Source of the DNA: Rhodosorus marinus CCMP1338
Lineage: Eukaryota; Plantae; Rhodophyta
Direction: 5' to 3'
DNA length: 64,000 nucleotides
Assembly: GCA_029953675.1 (NCBI GenBank)
Contig: JAMWBK010000012.1
Span: 992,001 to 1,056,000 of the forward strand
Positions within the stretch are counted from its first letter, which is position 1, and every line of letters starts with the position of its first letter. Of this stretch, positions 1 to 12,711 are shown piece after piece. The notes beneath the pieces were generated by a model. The model was not told the origin of the DNA and made no database searches. It was given only the letters and a program-made list of their open reading frames with translations. Position numbers and translations under genes: made by a program.

Positions 1-673
1 CGTCGCGTCTTCGTTTGATTCCCCTTTATCGGCTGGGCATTATTGCGTAGGTGTTTCCTGGCTGTCCTGTGTGTCCATCGCGTGATGGGTGGCAGTGTGG
101 TCGGCCTGGGGTGCAGTGTTGCCCTGTGGAGCCTCGACGACTGCCGGAGTCATCTCGGTATCCTGGCCTGTGTCATCAGTGGATACTCGCGACCCCTTGT
201 GTTGAGGAGGCTCGGGCAGGTTGCAGGGGAGCTCTGCATGAGGGTTATCCTCGGGTGCATCCTCTCCAGGTACTCGTGTATCGCTGCGAGAGTGTTGAAC
301 GAGAGTTGCCTTCTGCGAAGCCTCGCGCGGATCCGGATAGTCTGTTCAATGGCCCTTTTCAGGGTCTGGCCCCGATGTTCGCTGGGGCAACGTGCTGACG
401 TTCATTATAGCCCAACAGGTTGTCTGTATCCAGTGCCTGTCCCGTGTAGAGATTCACTTGCCGATCGGGGTGTCTCTGGGTGAACGAAAATCCCCGTCCT
501 GAAAACGCCCCGAGGGATGGCGCTTTGTAGAATCGGAATCGCTTCCGGATGGCATAGTAGGCACGCGTGGGATGCGATGAAGTCCACGTAACCGTAAGCT
601 TTACTAGGCAGCTGCCTACTGCAGCGCAACACTACGTCTAATTCTATCTAGAGAGAAACTTACTGGAACCCCG

Positions 674-1045
674 CTACCAGGGTCTCATGCTACGTTCAAA
701 AGAAATAACAGGCACCAGCGGATTCTCCAATTGGTCCACGCGCAAAGCGCCTAGTGCTATCTCTGCGTTACCTGGCCATAGTTGCCGATTCATCTGCGAT
801 CTCACGTCTCTCAGCTCCTCACTCCTGTGCAGTAAGTGTTTGCAGCTGTCGCGGAGGAACTCTTGTGCCATTTGCCCCGTACGCCCAAACGTCTCTATCG
901 CTATCGGGATGAACTTGTCATCCGGTTTCTCGATCACCATCGCTTCCTTGTAGTGAGCGATTTTCCACTTCTCCGCAGCTCTCGCCGCGTATTCGCTATC
1001 ATCTTGGCTCCGCCGCAAATCTTTTCCCTGTAATGGTGACACCAC
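674..1045 (-). mobile_element. 3' fragment of a CRE/SLACS-like non-LTR retrotransposon (restriction-like endonuclease tail), 'family C'
   Basis: AARAAEKWKIAHY...KFIPIAIETFGRTGQMAQEFL matches the RLE C-terminal pattern AA..E..K...Y...F.P.A.ETFG..G. The adjacent ORF 405-632 may be a related relic. Confidence 0.75.
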
Positions 1046-1770
1046 AGCACAGTAACCCCAGACTCTTGAGGATTTTACACTTTTTTACACCTTTTTGCAC
1101 TGCATCTAAGGTCGACTGACCCCAATCATCCATTTATCCAAAACCACTCCAAAAGCTTGTTCAGAATAGTAAGACATTCAGGGGTTCTCAAAAGCGCGGG
1201 AAATTCGTGTAGTTTGTGTAGGTCATTGTCCTAAGGCTCCAGCTCTGAACCCGCTATATACAGAACAATCCGCAAAACTGCCGCCGCTTGGTTATCGAAG
1301 AGCGCCTCCTCAGAGTCGCTAACCGCTTGGCTCCTCAGTTCTGGAGCATGAACAACGAGCATTGGCTATCTCAGGTGCTAGGAAGAGGGTAGCTAACTGC
1401 ACGCAGTCACAGAGATGAAGACCGTTCACGTACCAGTTCAGTCTGTCCTCAAATCCGTCGGGTTGGGAACTCGGAAAAGCCTTCCCGAGATGCGCGAGAA
1501 GGATTGCATTCTCTCGAAGGCTCAGACCTGCTGACAAGGGCGCATCGCGTTTCCATAAATAGGATGGGCACGTACTCTACCATTGTCCAGTCCCCGTCTT
1601 AAAAAACCCGCTTGCATTCTGTGAAAGAGTCAACTCGTTGCGTTCCAGGTTCAGGCTCTTCAAGTGAGTCTCTGTCTGCTTGAGGGTCTTCTTGTCAGTG
1701 AACAAGGCCCGCAAATATTTCAGGCCCTTTGTAAATTCAGTGATACTGTGGGCCTGGTTTCAATCACACC

Positions 1771-2142
1771 TTAGGCGCAGGTTTGCACATCGCGGTCGAT
1801 TCTTGTGATTCTCCGGTCTGATCTATCTAGAGAGGAGCCCAGGTTTTTGATCGTTTCCAACGCTTTGAAGCTGGCCTTGTCCAGCTCCACCACCGCATCA
1901 GCTTCAACTTGGATTACAGTCTGTAGGCCCTCGTTTAGCTTGACCTCCAGTTGATCCAGTTCCTCGGAGATGAACCGGCTGTCGGATTTTTTTACGGAAA
2001 ATGGAAGATGTTCGTCAGTTTCGTATGTATCCAGTACGATAAGTGATTGTAAATACTTTCTGGTTCCGACTTACTCGCCAAGCATCTGCTTTCTGATCAT
2101 CTCCTCAAAACTTTCCATCAAGTCGACACTTTGACCCGTCAT
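1771..2142 (-). CDS. Small spliced hypothetical coiled-coil-like protein (91 aa), possibly a pseudogene
   Basis: ATG at 2142; intron 2074-1979 (GTAAGT, CTGAC branch-like motif, CAG) restores the frame MTGQSVDLMESFEEMIRKQMLGD/RFISEELDQLEVKL...; TAA at 1771. No family recognised. Confidence 0.3.
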
Positions 2143-2654
2143 CGTTCTTGGATTGCATAAGCTCGTTCAGAGTGTAGCTGAAACGCAAAATTTCGTCAAA
2201 ACACTCTGAAAATCCAGTTGCTTGTCACAGACTCATCCGTCCCGGACCTCCGGAGCATATGGGGATCGATGCGCACAGACCCCATCCTCAACAAAATCCA
2301 CGCTGCTGCTCCAAATGCTGCCGAGGGAACACTCATCCGTCACGATTCCGACAGCACCTACCGAACTACGATTGCTGCCACCTCTGAAGTTCTGAAGGTC
2401 TCCCGACTCAGGCATACCTCCATTGGCACACCCACGTCCAGGTTCGTCTCTCATCTATCGATATCCACACGGGCCCAAATTTAGATTTGGGAGCAAATAG
2501 TTCTTTATTATTAACTATATGAATAAAATGAAAAAAATTTGAGAAATGAGGTATCTTAAATATGGATCAAAAGTTTCTAAATTGGGGATGTGTCTAGTTG
2601 AGCCACTGTGGTTAGGGTTGTTGAGATTGTAGGGAAGCTGTTGCAAAGGACGTG

Positions 2655-2700
2655 TGGGAATGGAATGGACTGGAATGGACTGGACTGGAATGGATGGAAA
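2655..2700 (+). repeat. (GGAAT/GGACT)n microsatellite in the ATM1 leader
   Basis: gggaatggaatggactggaatggactggactggaatggatgga read directly. Confidence 0.85.
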
Positions 2701-2742
2701 GAATAGATCTGATTTAGAGTGCTTTGGAGAATAATTATTTAG

Positions 2743-5700
2743 ATGAATCGAATGATATTGAGATTTGGATGGAGCAGATCAAGGTATGGATTGATTCGTG
2801 TCGTTCCGAGGAGGTATCTGTCGGAGAAGCGTGGAGGTGGACTGGGGGAGATCCCGGCTGCTACGACGACGCAGGTTTTGAGGAATCTGGGAAAATATTT
2901 ATGGCCGGAGGATAATCCTCAGGTGAAGAGGCGTGTTGTTCTGTCCATGGGGCTGCTGCTAGGCAGCAAGGCGATGAACGTCTCGGTGCCGTTCATGATG
3001 AAACACGCGATTGACTCCTTATCAACGTACGCTTTTGTTTTGAACTTTCAAATATACACTGTTCGAAACACATCAGGCTGAGCTTTACATGCTGGATTCT
3101 GCAATCAGGGTCGATGCTTCTGACGCAGTTAGTTACGCCCCGGTTGCGTTCCTCGTTGGATACGGAGTAATCCGAACTGTTGCTGCTTTCACCAACGAGC
3201 TCAGAAATGCGGTCTTTGCAAAGGTATAACAGGCTCCACAAAGATGTCGCGGACATTCTAGTGGTGTCTGGTTGCTTTCAGAACGGCAGATCTCCTGTTT
3301 GTGACCTGGAGATTCGGAAAAGTCTGAATCTGTGCGATATGGACTTCATCTCCGTGATCTCTAGGTCGCCCAAAACGCGATCCAAGACGTATCCGTGAAG
3401 ACGTTTCGACATGTTCAGGACTTGGACCTGGAGTTCCACCTGGGAAGAAATACTGGAGCTCTCGCTCGAGCTATCGATCGAGGTCAAAGAGGAATCGACT
3501 GGGTTCTAAGATCCATGGTGTTCAACGTACTTCCGACTATCGCGGAAGTCACTATGGTAGCCACCGTTCTCGCGTACAAGTTTGGACCAGTCTTTGCTGG
3601 CTTATCGATCGGAACCGTATGTATCATATCAAAACCCTAGAGAACTCAGCCGATGATCGGATCAGAGGTTCTAAGCGTTGCGAGCACTTGTATCGATCCA
3701 GGTGGGACTGTATGCAGCGTTCACTATGATGACGACGTCCTGGAGGACCAAATTTAGGAAGGAGATGAACAAAGCCGAGAATGAAGCCGGAACCAAGTCC
3801 ATCGATACGCTTCTAAACTTCGAGACCGTCAAGTACTTCACCAATGAAGACTATGAAGCGAAGCAGTACAAAAAGTTTCTCGAAAAGTGCGCCGAGCGAT
3901 ACTTCGAAAGCCTCAATCATCTTCGGCTGGACTGGTGCAGCTACGGTTTTGATCTGAAGACAGCCACTTCTCCATGGACTTGCGGAACGATTCCGGGGAC
4001 GCCTACCGTTCAACAATCTGTGAAAGAAATGCTGTCTCAGGATCGAAAACGTAGAACGAGTCTGGTCCAGCTCAAGAGCTGTTCGAGAAGAAACTTTAGA
4101 TAGGAACTGGTGGCTGACCAGGACTGATCTGGGTGCCGAGGAGGGTTTCTCAGACAACCAGCATTTTCTTTATCATTTCGCGTAGATATGGAGCTGCCTA
4201 CTACAACACTCAGACGAGCCTTTCGTTTCTCAACTTTGGGCAGAACGTGATCTTCTCGGCGTCGCTGACGATGATGATGGTGTTAGCCGCTCAGGGGGTG
4301 ATGGGCGGTCATTTTACTGTCGGTGACGTTGTTATGGTGAACGGATTGTTGTACAACCTCAGCGTTCCTCTCAACTTTCTCGGAACCGTTTATCGTGAGG
4401 TTGGGTCAACCACAGCCCCAGAGGAGGCGTCCAGCCCCCTAAACCAGAAGATGATTCCCAACCTTAGCCTTTGAAACCCACTTATGTCTCACTGTTACTC
4501 AGGTTCGACAAAGCCTGATCGACATGGAAACGCTCTTTGGCATTCTTCAAGTCAAGAGCAAGACGACAACTATCGCAAATCCAGCTCCGCTCTACCTTGA
4601 ACCAGTAAAAGGTTCCAAACGGATTGGAGAAATCGAGTTCAAGGACGTCTCCTTCGGTACGATTGACGAACCATCGAGACGTGATTTGCCAAGGCTGTTC
4701 ACCAAGGACTAACCCACCGTTTTGACAGGATATACACCTTCGAGACGTATTCTAAACGGCCTATCGTTCAAAGTACCAGCAGAAACAAGCACAGCTATCG
4801 TCGGACCAAGCGGTTGTGGAAAGAGCACTGTCATCCGCTTACTCTTTCGGTTTTATGATCCGCAGGAAGGAACGATCTCAATAGATGGACAGGACATTCG
4901 CAAGGTTGACCTGGTCCAGCTTCGTAAGGCGCTTGGTATTGTCCCTCAAGACGTGTAAGTGGGGCATACCAGTCCGCTATTGGATGAACCCGACCTCGTG
5001 TTGTTTACCGATATGGCGTCGCCTTGTCCTCTTCAGGGTTTTGTTCAACGAAAGCGTCATGTACAATATTGGGTATGGACGGGTGGATGCGTCCAACGAG
5101 GAGGTCTGCTCTCTAAGAACTCTAGTAAGCTCGTGCCGATCATCAAGAGATTTTGATCGCTGACAGTCTTGCTGTGATTTTGTTTATTTATTTATTTTTG
5201 CTTAGATCGTGGATGCAGCGAAGATGGCCGCTATAGATTCTACTATACAGAGTTTCCCTGATGGCTATGAGACCCAGGTAGGGGAACGTGGATTGAAGTT
5301 GTCTGGAGGAGAGAAGCAGAGGATGGCCATTGCTAGAACGATGTTGAAAGGTCTGTATACACATTTACCCGTTTTCCATTTTCGAGCAATTGTTCTGAGC
5401 TCTTGTTTTTTTCGGCCTCCTACACAGATCCCAAAGTGCTTTTGTGTGACGAGGCCACGAGCGCGTTAGACAGTACGACGGAAACTGAGATTTTGCGATC
5501 TCTCAGGAGTGTCGCTGCAGGTCGAACTTCCCTGTTCATTGCTCACAGACTTAGCACCGTTGCGGACTCCAACCAGATCATAGTTCTAAACGGCGGCAAG
5601 ATCGTTGAGCGGGGGACTCACGATGAGCTTTTCAGGCAACCAGATGGTATGAAGCATAAAAATACGAAGCCAAATTCTGCGACCCAGTAATGCTAACGAG

Positions 5701-5769
5701 CGGCAATTCTGTCTCTCCCTGGTTTTAGGTCACTATGCTGCCATGTGGAAGCTACAGCAGAACAGTTAA
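2743..5769 (+). CDS. ATM1: Mitochondrial ABC transporter ATM1/ABCB7 (Fe-S cluster export), 11 exons
   Basis: Arg-rich presequence; [44 protein letters not shown], Walker A GPSGCGKS, signature LSGGEKQR, Walker [16 protein letters not shown] introns 3027-3108, 3224-3364, 3617-3701, 3887-4185, 4400-4502, 4657-4728, 4955-5036, 5104-5205, 5351-5427, 5647-5728 all keep the frame. Confidence 0.96.
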
Positions 5770-6366
5770 AAGTCAGATGACGTCTCTTTGCCTTACAGAA
5801 AGCAAACCGACAGGAGGCTCCTCGTTTTGCCTCCGTTTTGTGTACCGGACTTGTTCAGGTTCCTGGTGGAGTAGGCTGACGTCGATGGAGGGAAGGAGTG
5901 TGCAGCATTAACCGCCCTCCCCTCCACAGCCTTGGCTGTGTTTTTGAATCACGGCGGAATGGAAAGCCGGGAGCCTAAAGACCCTCCGCACTTTCAGACG
6001 CGGCATTGCTGATGAATCCTTAGTCGAGCATCAGTTACATGTTTTTGCCCCGCGTCGGCAACGACCGGTTATTTGTTTACAAATTCTCTTGTGAATAATA
6101 GTAGTTCAGAGTTCTACCTTCTCTGCGGATTAACACATAGTTTCAGAAGAAACAACCTCCTGTGCTCGATTGTTAATACTATTCCCTTGAGCAGTGAGCG
6201 ATGCGGTCCGGAAATTCCCTCATCTCACCCTGCTCGAACCTGAACGGCTACGATCAACCGCCTTTGCCAGCGACCCTCTCAGTGCGCTCGGATATCTCCC
6301 GGCGCCCCAATGGTAACTGGACTGTATCAAGCTCTGCGCCGTGTTTGCTGTGGTCCCACTATCAAC

Positions 6367-8335
6367 TCAGCCGGCATCACGGGATACGTCATCCGCTGCG
6401 CGCTCGCTATCGGGTACGACTCGGTCGGATTCCTTCAGCTCCTCCGGTTTGTCCGTGCTCACAACCTTTTGTGCAACCACGTAGGAAAAGTCTCTGTCCA
6501 GCAGAAGAGATGTCCGTGCACGAATGGACATGACCACCATGGCAACCGTTCCCAGAAGCATCCACAGGTACTTGATAATGTGCCACCATTTCCTATTGCC
6601 AGGCACGGTGTTGTGCGTCTCCGGCCCACAGCCTTTCACAATCTCGGCGGATATGATGAGCAGACCAATGAACACGAAAGTCAAGTTCATCACCAGAGTC
6701 GTAGTGAGGACAAACGTGTACCCCCAATCTGGGAAATCATCCGGCTGCAAGGACTCCACCATCAAGACGCGCACAGTGATCTGCATCCACCCAACAAACC
6801 CGACAATGGGTGACATTGTGAGCAGGAAGAACAGCTCGAAGATTCTCTGGGATAGTTGGACGTGCTTCCAGAACCCAAGTCGGAAAAATCTCCTCCGCAT
6901 CATGGCAAAGCTGTACCCCACGTCAACATTGCCCTGGAAATGCCGACGGAGCTGGACCAATTTAGCTTTAATGCCTTTCCATATGGTTTCGTCGAAGACC
7001 TGCGCCGCGAAGAAGTCGGAACACAAGGAATACCGGAAATCAGCAGTAGAATATTTTCAGACCGTCGCTTCTGGGTGGACTGAACCAACGGTAGCGATGA
7101 CCATCGATCCCACACTTACCGTTCCAACGTTCATGACCTCATAAATTGTGTGGATTTCCACCCTTCCACTGGTCGCGAAAAATGCTTTCAGGGCCATGTG
7201 CTCATCTTCGGCAATACCTTCCGGTCCTGCGTCCCAGAAGTCGAGGTCACGGAGGAACCTCATCGGAACGCAGTAGGACGATGCAGGAAACTTGAATTCA
7301 GAGTTGCCTCGCGCCAATATACCCAAAGACAGCATAGCCCAGAGTTGATCAAAGTTGGCGTTGAAGCCCGGCACCTAGTTAACGTAGGCACGACAGAATT
7401 GAAGGATTTCTGAGCCCTCACGTGCCTCATGCGCTGGTCTGTTTCTGCAAGGACATACCTGTGGGTCGTACATGTTCTGATAGTTGTAGAAGGGGCTCGC
7501 GAATATCGTGTTATAAACATGGCTCGGATTCTTCTGCATTTCCGCCTCGATCTTCATGAAATACCTCTCTGTGTGGAGAGTATCCGAGTCCATGCTGCAG
7601 ACTATGATGGAGTCGATGTCGAAAGCCCTATCCTGGACGAAATGCTCGTGTGCGAACTGACCAGCAAACCCTTCGTTCGAGTGCTTTCCAGAAGTCTCTC
7701 CCGGCAGTCCTCTCGGGTGAACGGAATGAACGACAGTCGCGAATTTGTCTCCGTATTCGTTCTCCAAAGTTGTCGCCTTCTCCTCGCATTCTGCTTCACC
7801 ACCTTCCATTCCCAGGACGACCAGGAACCTGATTATTGCGCAAAAGTCGAAACGATTCCTCACCTCATGAGACAGGTTTCAAGCACACGCAAAACTCTCT
7901 CTATTACTGAGAAAACGCCGCAACCCACCTCTCCTTTGCCCATGCGAACGTTGCATAGTGGTCCAAGGTGCTTCTCAATGTACTGAAATCCTCCTTGTAG
8001 TTTGGAATGATAATTGCATAGTAATGCTTTGGAAGCACCTCCGGCAACTCCTCCTTTACCCCCCTTCTAAGGGCCAAAGCTCCCTTTAGCAGATACGCCC
8101 CCTGCATGATCGACAGAATCTGGAAACAGACAAGGAAGGCAAACAGCGCCCACATCGCAACATAAAAAAAAAGCCATGGCCCAATTGCGCAGAAAATGAT
8201 CGTAACATAATCAACCAACGCCGGTAACCTCTTCAACCAGTTGTACCATTTCCTATCTGCCCCCGACAGACTGATCGGAAGGCTGCTATCCACACTTGTC
8301 TCTTCCACACCCACTGTCAAATCATCATCACCCAT
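6367..8335 (-). CDS. Processive GT2-family membrane glycosyltransferase (554 aa, 4 exons)
   Basis: Exons 8335-7929, 7828-7459, 7374-7120, 6999-6367 sum to 1665 nt. Motifs IIIPNYKE, GETSGKHSNE, DSD (DxD), GIAEDEH and QLRRHFQG, with N- and C-terminal hydrophobic helices. Confidence 0.85.
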
Positions 8336-8397
8336 GATTTTCAATAATAAACAATAATAATAGCTAACGGCCTCTCCGATTCCAGCCTCTACAACTC

Positions 8398-8465
8398 TAC
8401 CTCCTTCTCTCCTCCCAGCCTCTCTCCTCCCTCCCTCCCTCTCGCTCTCCCTCTCTCTCTCCTCC
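8398..8465 (+). repeat. CT-rich microsatellite upstream of the GT2 gene
   Basis: ctccttctctcctcccagcctctctcctccctccctccctctcgctctccctctctctct. Confidence 0.8.
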
Positions 8466-10280
8466 AAACTTTTTGCCAGCTAAAATTCGCACTATTTACC
8501 ACTTCCAACAACTTATTTCTACCCAGACGGCATCAAACGTCATGACGTATGACCAAAAAGCCCAAAGTCTAGAAAAAAGAAAGAAAACATTATAAAATCC
8601 CAACCCAATCGAAACCGTCCCGAAGCCTCCCATTTTTCTTGTTTTAAAAATATATTTTCTCTCTCGCTCAGCCGGTTGCAACAACTCCCCCCCACCCGTT
8701 TTTACCCTTTTCTGTGCATTGAAAAATACATGGTAACGTCCAGAAAAAAAATATGTGTCCCTCTTCAAAGGGGTGATCCGTAAGGCGCAATGAGAATAGT
8801 AATAATAAATTCACCTCGATGTGACCAGTTTAGAATCTGGCTAAGGGGGGGTGGGGGTTACGAAGGGAGTAAGTCATTATTGTATAGCCGATATCAGTAC
8901 CCCATGCTTATTATCAGCTATTGTTTTTCTTGAGAATTCTATTATTCCTAGATCATTTTAATTCAAATCTATAGTTACTAGATAATTCCAAATATTGATA
9001 TATTTTGTATAATTAAAATTTCTGTATGGTAGAATTCTCTGTTTTAAGACATATATTTCAAAATCTGAGATAGATTTCTTATGGACGAAGATTGTAGGTA
9101 AGAAATGGGAGACTATAACTTTTTGAGGTTAATATGAAAAGTTGTAATCTTTTCGACTTTGCCAGCAGCTCATTCCATCCTTTTTTTCGTTTAAATTGAG
9201 CCCGTACAACGTAATCTCAAAAAATAAATGAACTCACCTCCCCCCTCCCCACCCAACCCCCAACGCCATCTTTTCAGATTTTGGTTTTACTTTTTCTTCG
9301 CCAACGGAAAAAAAGAAGGGGACCAACAAATCAGGACTTCAACCCCGGGGTTACTGTAAATTTTCCCTTCACCCACACACACCCCCCCCCCTTTTCTTTG
9401 CCGTTTTGGCAAGCTTTCAAAATCCTCGTCAATCCTACCAAAATATATATTATTTAATGGTTGTTTTACTGCAAATCAAATTCATCCTGTATCAACTCTG
9501 GGCTAGTATCGGCTCTGTCCTCCTCCATCCTCAACAATCATTAAGCTTGAATTTGATAAATTCAATTAACTGCACACGAGCATATGCTCTATTGGATTAT
9601 TGTCCCGGAAAAGTAAACATTGATTGGTTAAATGCAGTGTAACACACGCGTCGTTAATTAATTGGAATATATTACTACATATGTAAATTTGTTTTAAAAA
9701 ATCCGGACTAATTACACTCTCCTATTGGTCAACTCGTACTTCATGTTGTAAAGAAAAAATTGATATACTAAATTTTTTTTTGGTTTCACTGTGGCTTTCT
9801 ACTTCCTAAAATAGAATTTTGGTGGGGGTCTGCAAACGACTAGAGTTCGGAATTGTGAGGGAGTTGCGCGCTTGCTCCCGTGCTTCCAAGGCTCTTGACG
9901 TCAGAGAATCTATCCGGAGGGTTTCGGGAGGGGTTTCCATAGTAGGAAGTTGTTAGCGCTTGTGTGGGAGGGTTTTGGAGAGGATAAGTGTCAGCAGGAT
10001 TGGAACGTCTTGTCTGCTGACGTTCCTTCCGAGGAGCCTTTGTCAGTGAGCCTCAGGTGACGGGGATCCTCCACACCTGGTTCTCTTTCGGGATGCACCG
10101 CAGCTGAGGAATTCCGCTCTTCGATGATGTGTGGAGAGCGGTGTGGATAACTCAGCAAGGAAACTAACTGACAGTGAGGAGAGCTAGGTGGTTGTCCTGA
10201 GCGCGGGTCGGACAGACCTAGCTTGACGACTGTCAGATACCCCCCTTTAAGATGCGATCTGTAGTCATAAACAAGTTCAC

Positions 10281-10476
10281 AAATCCTCTGTTCAGAATAG
10301 AGGGCGAAAAAACTCAGGAGGTTTGTCCTCAGTAAAGAAAATATGTCAAAGTTTTGGTTGGTCCCCTCTTCGTGTACTACCTTTGAGGTGAGACCTGCGT
10401 CATAGAGAAATCCTCTGTTCACAATAGAGAGCAAAAAAACTCAGGAGGTTTGTCCTCAGTAACGAAAATATGTCAA
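10281..10476. repeat. ~70-bp imperfect direct repeat (10281-10350 and 10408-10476)
   Basis: aaatcctctgttca.aatagag.gc.aaaaaactcaggaggtttgtcctcagtaa.gaaaatatgtcaa occurs twice, 127 bp apart. Confidence 0.9.
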
Positions 10477-11973
10477 TTGTCGATCCCCTCCTTGCGACAG
10501 TGCTGGAACAACTCGATCACTCCGTATGAAGCCACGCTTGGGTTGCACTGAGTAGTTATCAGAGTGTGAGCGTGATTCCGTTTTTTGAAAACAATTCCAA
10601 CGATCAACTTGGGACAGTTTGGGACACACTGAAAAAAAGGCTTCGTGTCCCACCACTGTGACACGGGAGATTTTCGGTGGAAGCAGCGTTTCCGAGGATA
10701 CTGGAGTGCTTACGGTGGCCTTGATTGTGCGAATTGGATCCAGCTATAGGCCGTTTACTTTCAGCTACTGTAGATCTATACTCTCTTTCCCACCCCCGAC
10801 CAAGATGGGGGGAGAGACCTAGAGCGGGATGCAACCAATCCAAAAAGGCTCCAATGACAAACATCACGGGAATGGAACCATAGACTCTATACCAAAGGCA
10901 GTAGATTCTTTATGCGCAGGGATTCGATCCGCTATCTTAATTACACCCAAAGAAACTCCGTTCTTTTGTTCCTTTTTGCTCCTGCTCATTTCAATCTACT
11001 TCCCACTGAACTCTATAAACCTTGTGCTTCACTACTGACTTCACTTCTGGGGCGGCAAACCTAGGGGGCCTGGGGACCTTTGCATGTGCTGGAACGCAAC
11101 TATTAGCCCTCGACTGGCATTGGTGGTGAAAAGGAGGCGGGCAAGGAGGTTAAGCCAAAGGGAGCCACTCTCCGCCGGAAATACCTCCTTGCCGGCCTAC
11201 TTTTCACGACTGACGCGTTCTGTGCAGAAACAATCTATAGGACATTTTGTGGTGGTCTTTCTGGACGAGATTTTCGTCCACTCCACGGCGACTGAGGAAC
11301 ATCAAGAGCCCCACTGGGTATTGAATTACCCGAGTTGGAATTCAAGCTCAAGCCTTCACCGAGACTTTTTTCAAAGGTCTGGCTTATATACACACTCGAA
11401 CTTCCCCTCCCTCCCGTCGCCGAAAAAAAACACACACAGGCAGGGATGATGATGATGATGATGACATCGGTCCGCCGTCCCTCGCTCTAAATTTGACATC
11501 AGTGAAACCTCTCTGGGAAGACTCTGCAAAGGTTCACATAACCAGACTACTCTTGGATGGTTGTAATTCTCCTTTCCATATTCTACTAGGTGCTCTAAAC
11601 TCCAAGGGCTCCTCACCCACCTGTCCATCTCAGAGCCGCCAATTCCCCGCCAGCCCCAACCCTCCATTAATCCAAACATATAAATCAATCATTATTACTA
11701 TCCAAGCTGTCCTAATCACCAAAATACAGTCTGTCCTTTTTAAAAGCTTCAGTTTTTAATGAATAGATCAAGAATGTTGGAAATTTATTTCGTTTTTCAA
11801 TGACGAGGGTTTTGGACGGGATGATTGACGGTTGGGAGTCATAATCAGCCGCGGGGATAGAGTTAGGATCATTGGGGAGGTGAAGTGGTAGTGAGGGGGA
11901 GAAGTGGGAGGAATTATTTTTTTTTGTGGCGGTTTGGGGTTATGGGTGTGGATGGGATTGAGGATCAGTTACA

Positions 11974-12711
11974 ATGGAATCTGAGGAGAAGGATGAGAGT
12001 GATCAGAAAGGGATTGAGCCTGCAGGATGTAAGGATAGGGGGCGCGTGGACGATGCATATGAGGCTGCGAGCAGGATGAAGGATGAGATGTCGGCGTATT
12101 CTCCGGAGGTGGTCGCTGAGCTGGTGAATGCGAGGAAGGTTGCTGAGGGTGCGGATGATTGGCAGAGAGAGGAACCTGAGGAACGTAGGAATACTTTGGA
12201 TGAGGACGATCAGGATCAGCTGGAAGATAATGATGACGTGTCCAATGAAGAGGACCAGCCGTGTTTGGGGCTGTTTGATGACGTTACTGACCCCAGTCCT
12301 GCTGCGTGCTTGAGGCGAAGTAAGAATGAATATAACGTTGATATTCTTCAGATCGCCACGGAGAGAAATCTTGATTTTTATCAGAGGATCCGGCTCGTAA
12401 ATTACATTCGAAAACGGAGAATACATGATCACGTAGATGCCCAGGTCCTTGCTCAGGAGGTCAATTCCATAACAGATAAGGATGCAATTTTCAATGATGA
12501 GAGGTATGTGGAAGGACAACCCGTTGTTCGCCTCACTCCGGGACGCCTGAATAATCTAAACGCGCTTTCCCATGCCCTCGCAACCAGCTTACTTACCCCC
12601 ATAGTTGATGACGACGCTTTACTAACCGTACTGGAGGCGGACGAAGACTGGGAAGATGAGGAAGACGAGCAAGTCGTTGCGGACGCTGTGCGTCGCGCTG
12701 TTTTACAGTAA
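11974..12711 (+). CDS. Acidic protein with a PRMT3/Rmt3 N-terminal zinc-finger-like domain; no methyltransferase domain
   Basis: CLGLFDD...LDFYQRIRLVNYIR and NDESLLTPIVDDDALL resemble the PRMT3 N-terminal motifs. Probable in-frame intron 12504-12587. Confidence 0.7.
   Translation: MESEEKDESDQKGIEPAGCKDRGRVDDAYEAASRMKDEMSAYSPEVVAELVNARKVAEGADDWQREEPEERRNTLDEDDQDQLEDNDDVSNEEDQPCLGLFDDVTDPSPAACLRRSKNEYNVDILQIATERNLDFYQRIRLVNYIRKRRIHDHVDAQVLAQEVNSITDKDAIFNDERYVEGQPVVRLTPGRLNNLNALSHALATSLLTPIVDDDALLTVLEADEDWEDEEDEQVVADAVRRAVLQ

Noticed and set aside
6201-7986. Long + strand ORFs (6310-6813, 6524-7144, 7429-7986)
   Set aside because: Antisense shadows of the GT2 exons; no motifs of their own.
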